DNA from: Ostrea edulis
Taxonomy: Eukaryota
Assembly (NCBI RefSeq): GCF_947568905.1
Contig: NC_079169.1
Location: forward strand, 55,118,001 to 55,182,000
Direction: 5' to 3'
Length of the DNA stretch: 64,000 bases
The notes under the pieces are model-generated. The model had not been told where the DNA came from, ran no database searches, and worked only from the letters and a program-made list of their open reading frames with translations. Below, one piece after another: positions 62,421 to 64,000 of this stretch (position 1 is the stretch's first letter; each line of letters starts with the position of its first letter). A program made the translations under genes and the position numbers.

Positions 62421-63395
62421 TCCTTTACCAAAAAAAAAGGGGGGGGGGGTTAAGAGTTTGGTTTCAGGGTGGAGCTAAAATTATATCCAAAACAAATATC
62501 TCAATTACATGTAAAAGTGTATTATGATAATTACTATGTAATGTCAATTAGAGGTTAGCCATAGATGTATTGGGGATATTATCTTCTGAAGAAAGTCTAT
62601 TCTGCATATTACTAAGCTATGAAAATTTTATCCCCTCACAATTTAATTTGGATAGAGTAATGGACCATACATGTGTGGGTGACTGTGTGAGAGAGTTTGT
62701 GTGTGTATAACACCGAGCTTTTAGACACTTCACAGCTACTAGGCCACATTTGTGTCTGGATTTATTTGATACTTCACATGTAGCTTCAACAAGAGAGGAA
62801 GAACCTTATTGATTTTGGGATCCAATGGTCAAGGTCACTATGGGACTTCATAGAAAAAGCTGGTAGACACTCATTGTGAGGGGATATGCCCACTAGTTGC
62901 GGAGGTCTTGTTAGGTTTTGATTCTCATCTCATACATTCTTACCATTGAAAATGGAGGATACATTAAAACAAATATTGTAGAAATTATTTTGGATGCAAT
63001 TTAGGTTTTTGTAGATATTGTATAAAAATTATTGTAGGGAATGTTTAAATTGTTACACTACAGGATCAATCAGAGAGCTCATATGATCCAAGATAATGTC
63101 TATGAATTCATGATTACTATTTTCAGACAAGGAATTCCTGTGTCTTTCAATGCTTTTACTTTCAGGGAGACAAGGACATGTAATTGAAAAGTAATTGCAA
63201 TTACACACATTTTAATTAACATGTATTTGAATGCATTCATTTACTTGTAATTGAAAAATAAACTCAATTACAAATACATTGATAAAATAAAAGACAAATA
63301 CATTGGGATAAAAAAAGAGACTGTAATTCGCGCATCATCATTACAGATAATTGCAATTACGAATTTCAATTCAATTGCACCATCTCTCAACACAA

Positions 63396-63647
63396 ATGGG
63401 GCAGGCAGCTTCCATTACTGCTGAAGCAAGACCTGATGGCATATCTCAACAAGGAATTTCTGTAAGATAAACTTGATCTTTTTAAATATTATACGTCTCT
63501 GAATGTTTGATTGATATTACTATTTAGGATGATGTATCAAACATCATTGATGCGTACAGAGAAAATAGTGATAATCCAGACTTCTATGAAATGTTCAGGA
63601 CACCTTTCTGGAATTGGACAATGGATATATTTTATATTATGTGCTGA
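63396..63647 (+). pseudogene. Diverged duplicate of the DAZAP2 exon 4 3' end, possibly spliced to a novel terminal exon
   Basis: 63419-63467 matches 53319-53367 at 42 of 49 nt, including the donor GTAAGA. Possible exons 63396-63461 and 63528-63647 would give 61 aa. Confidence 0.45.
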
Positions 63648-64000
63648 TTTAAATATCTTGCTCTCAAAAATGTCAACATCAAAAGTACGGACTTGTAATT
63701 TTTGGTAATGGAGTCTGTTACTGTATAGAGCATGCTTTTAATGTCAGTTGTGAAGACATACTGTCTTCATGCAAGAATGCTATTAAGTATTGCAGATTCT
63801 ACTTCGTATATTCAAATTATGGCCCTGGGGGATATAGGGTAGGGCCTTAATGTTTACATAACAACAGATGGGAAATTGGAAAAAAAATTGTTGTTCTCAA
63901 AAACAACAGGACTTATTGATATCCAAGCATCCTCAGGTAGTGCAGATTCAAGTTTGTTTGAATCATGGTCCTTGGAGGTAGGGTGAGGCCATTAAGTGAG

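Overview
AT-rich, intron-rich eukaryotic DNA with two N-gaps. The repeat families (166-bp satellite inside Helentron-type elements, CAAT-tailed SINEs) point to an oyster/bivalve genome (inference). Six spliced protein-coding genes were reconstructed by hand, all with GT-AG boundaries and consistent phases. (1) RhoBTB/RacA-like gene A, minus, 591 aa, with an intact Rac-like GTPase and a CaaX end. (2) A divergently transcribed SPSB/Gustavus-like SPRY protein, plus, 215 aa, with an N-myristoylation motif, a 27-nt microexon and no SOCS box. (3) MOXD1/DBH-like copper monooxygenase, plus, 592 aa. (4) RhoBTB paralog B, minus, 567 aa, an intact ORF with a degenerate (pseudo-)GTPase. It converges on MOXD1 around a palindromic AATAAATTTATT signal. 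(5) A P2X7-ballast-like (KolX-type) gene, minus, 197 aa. It lies in a 5.6-kb Kolobok DNA transposon (TTAA TSD, TIRs) whose THAP-DDE transposase is internally deleted, and the transposon is inserted in a Penelope-like RT. (6) DAZAP2, plus, 155 aa. The window also holds a diverged copy of a DAZAP2 exon, a minimal hammerhead ribozyme behind a Penelope GIY-YIG fragment, and many MITEs, SINEs, LINE fragments and minisatellites. All family assignments come from motif recognition, not database searches.
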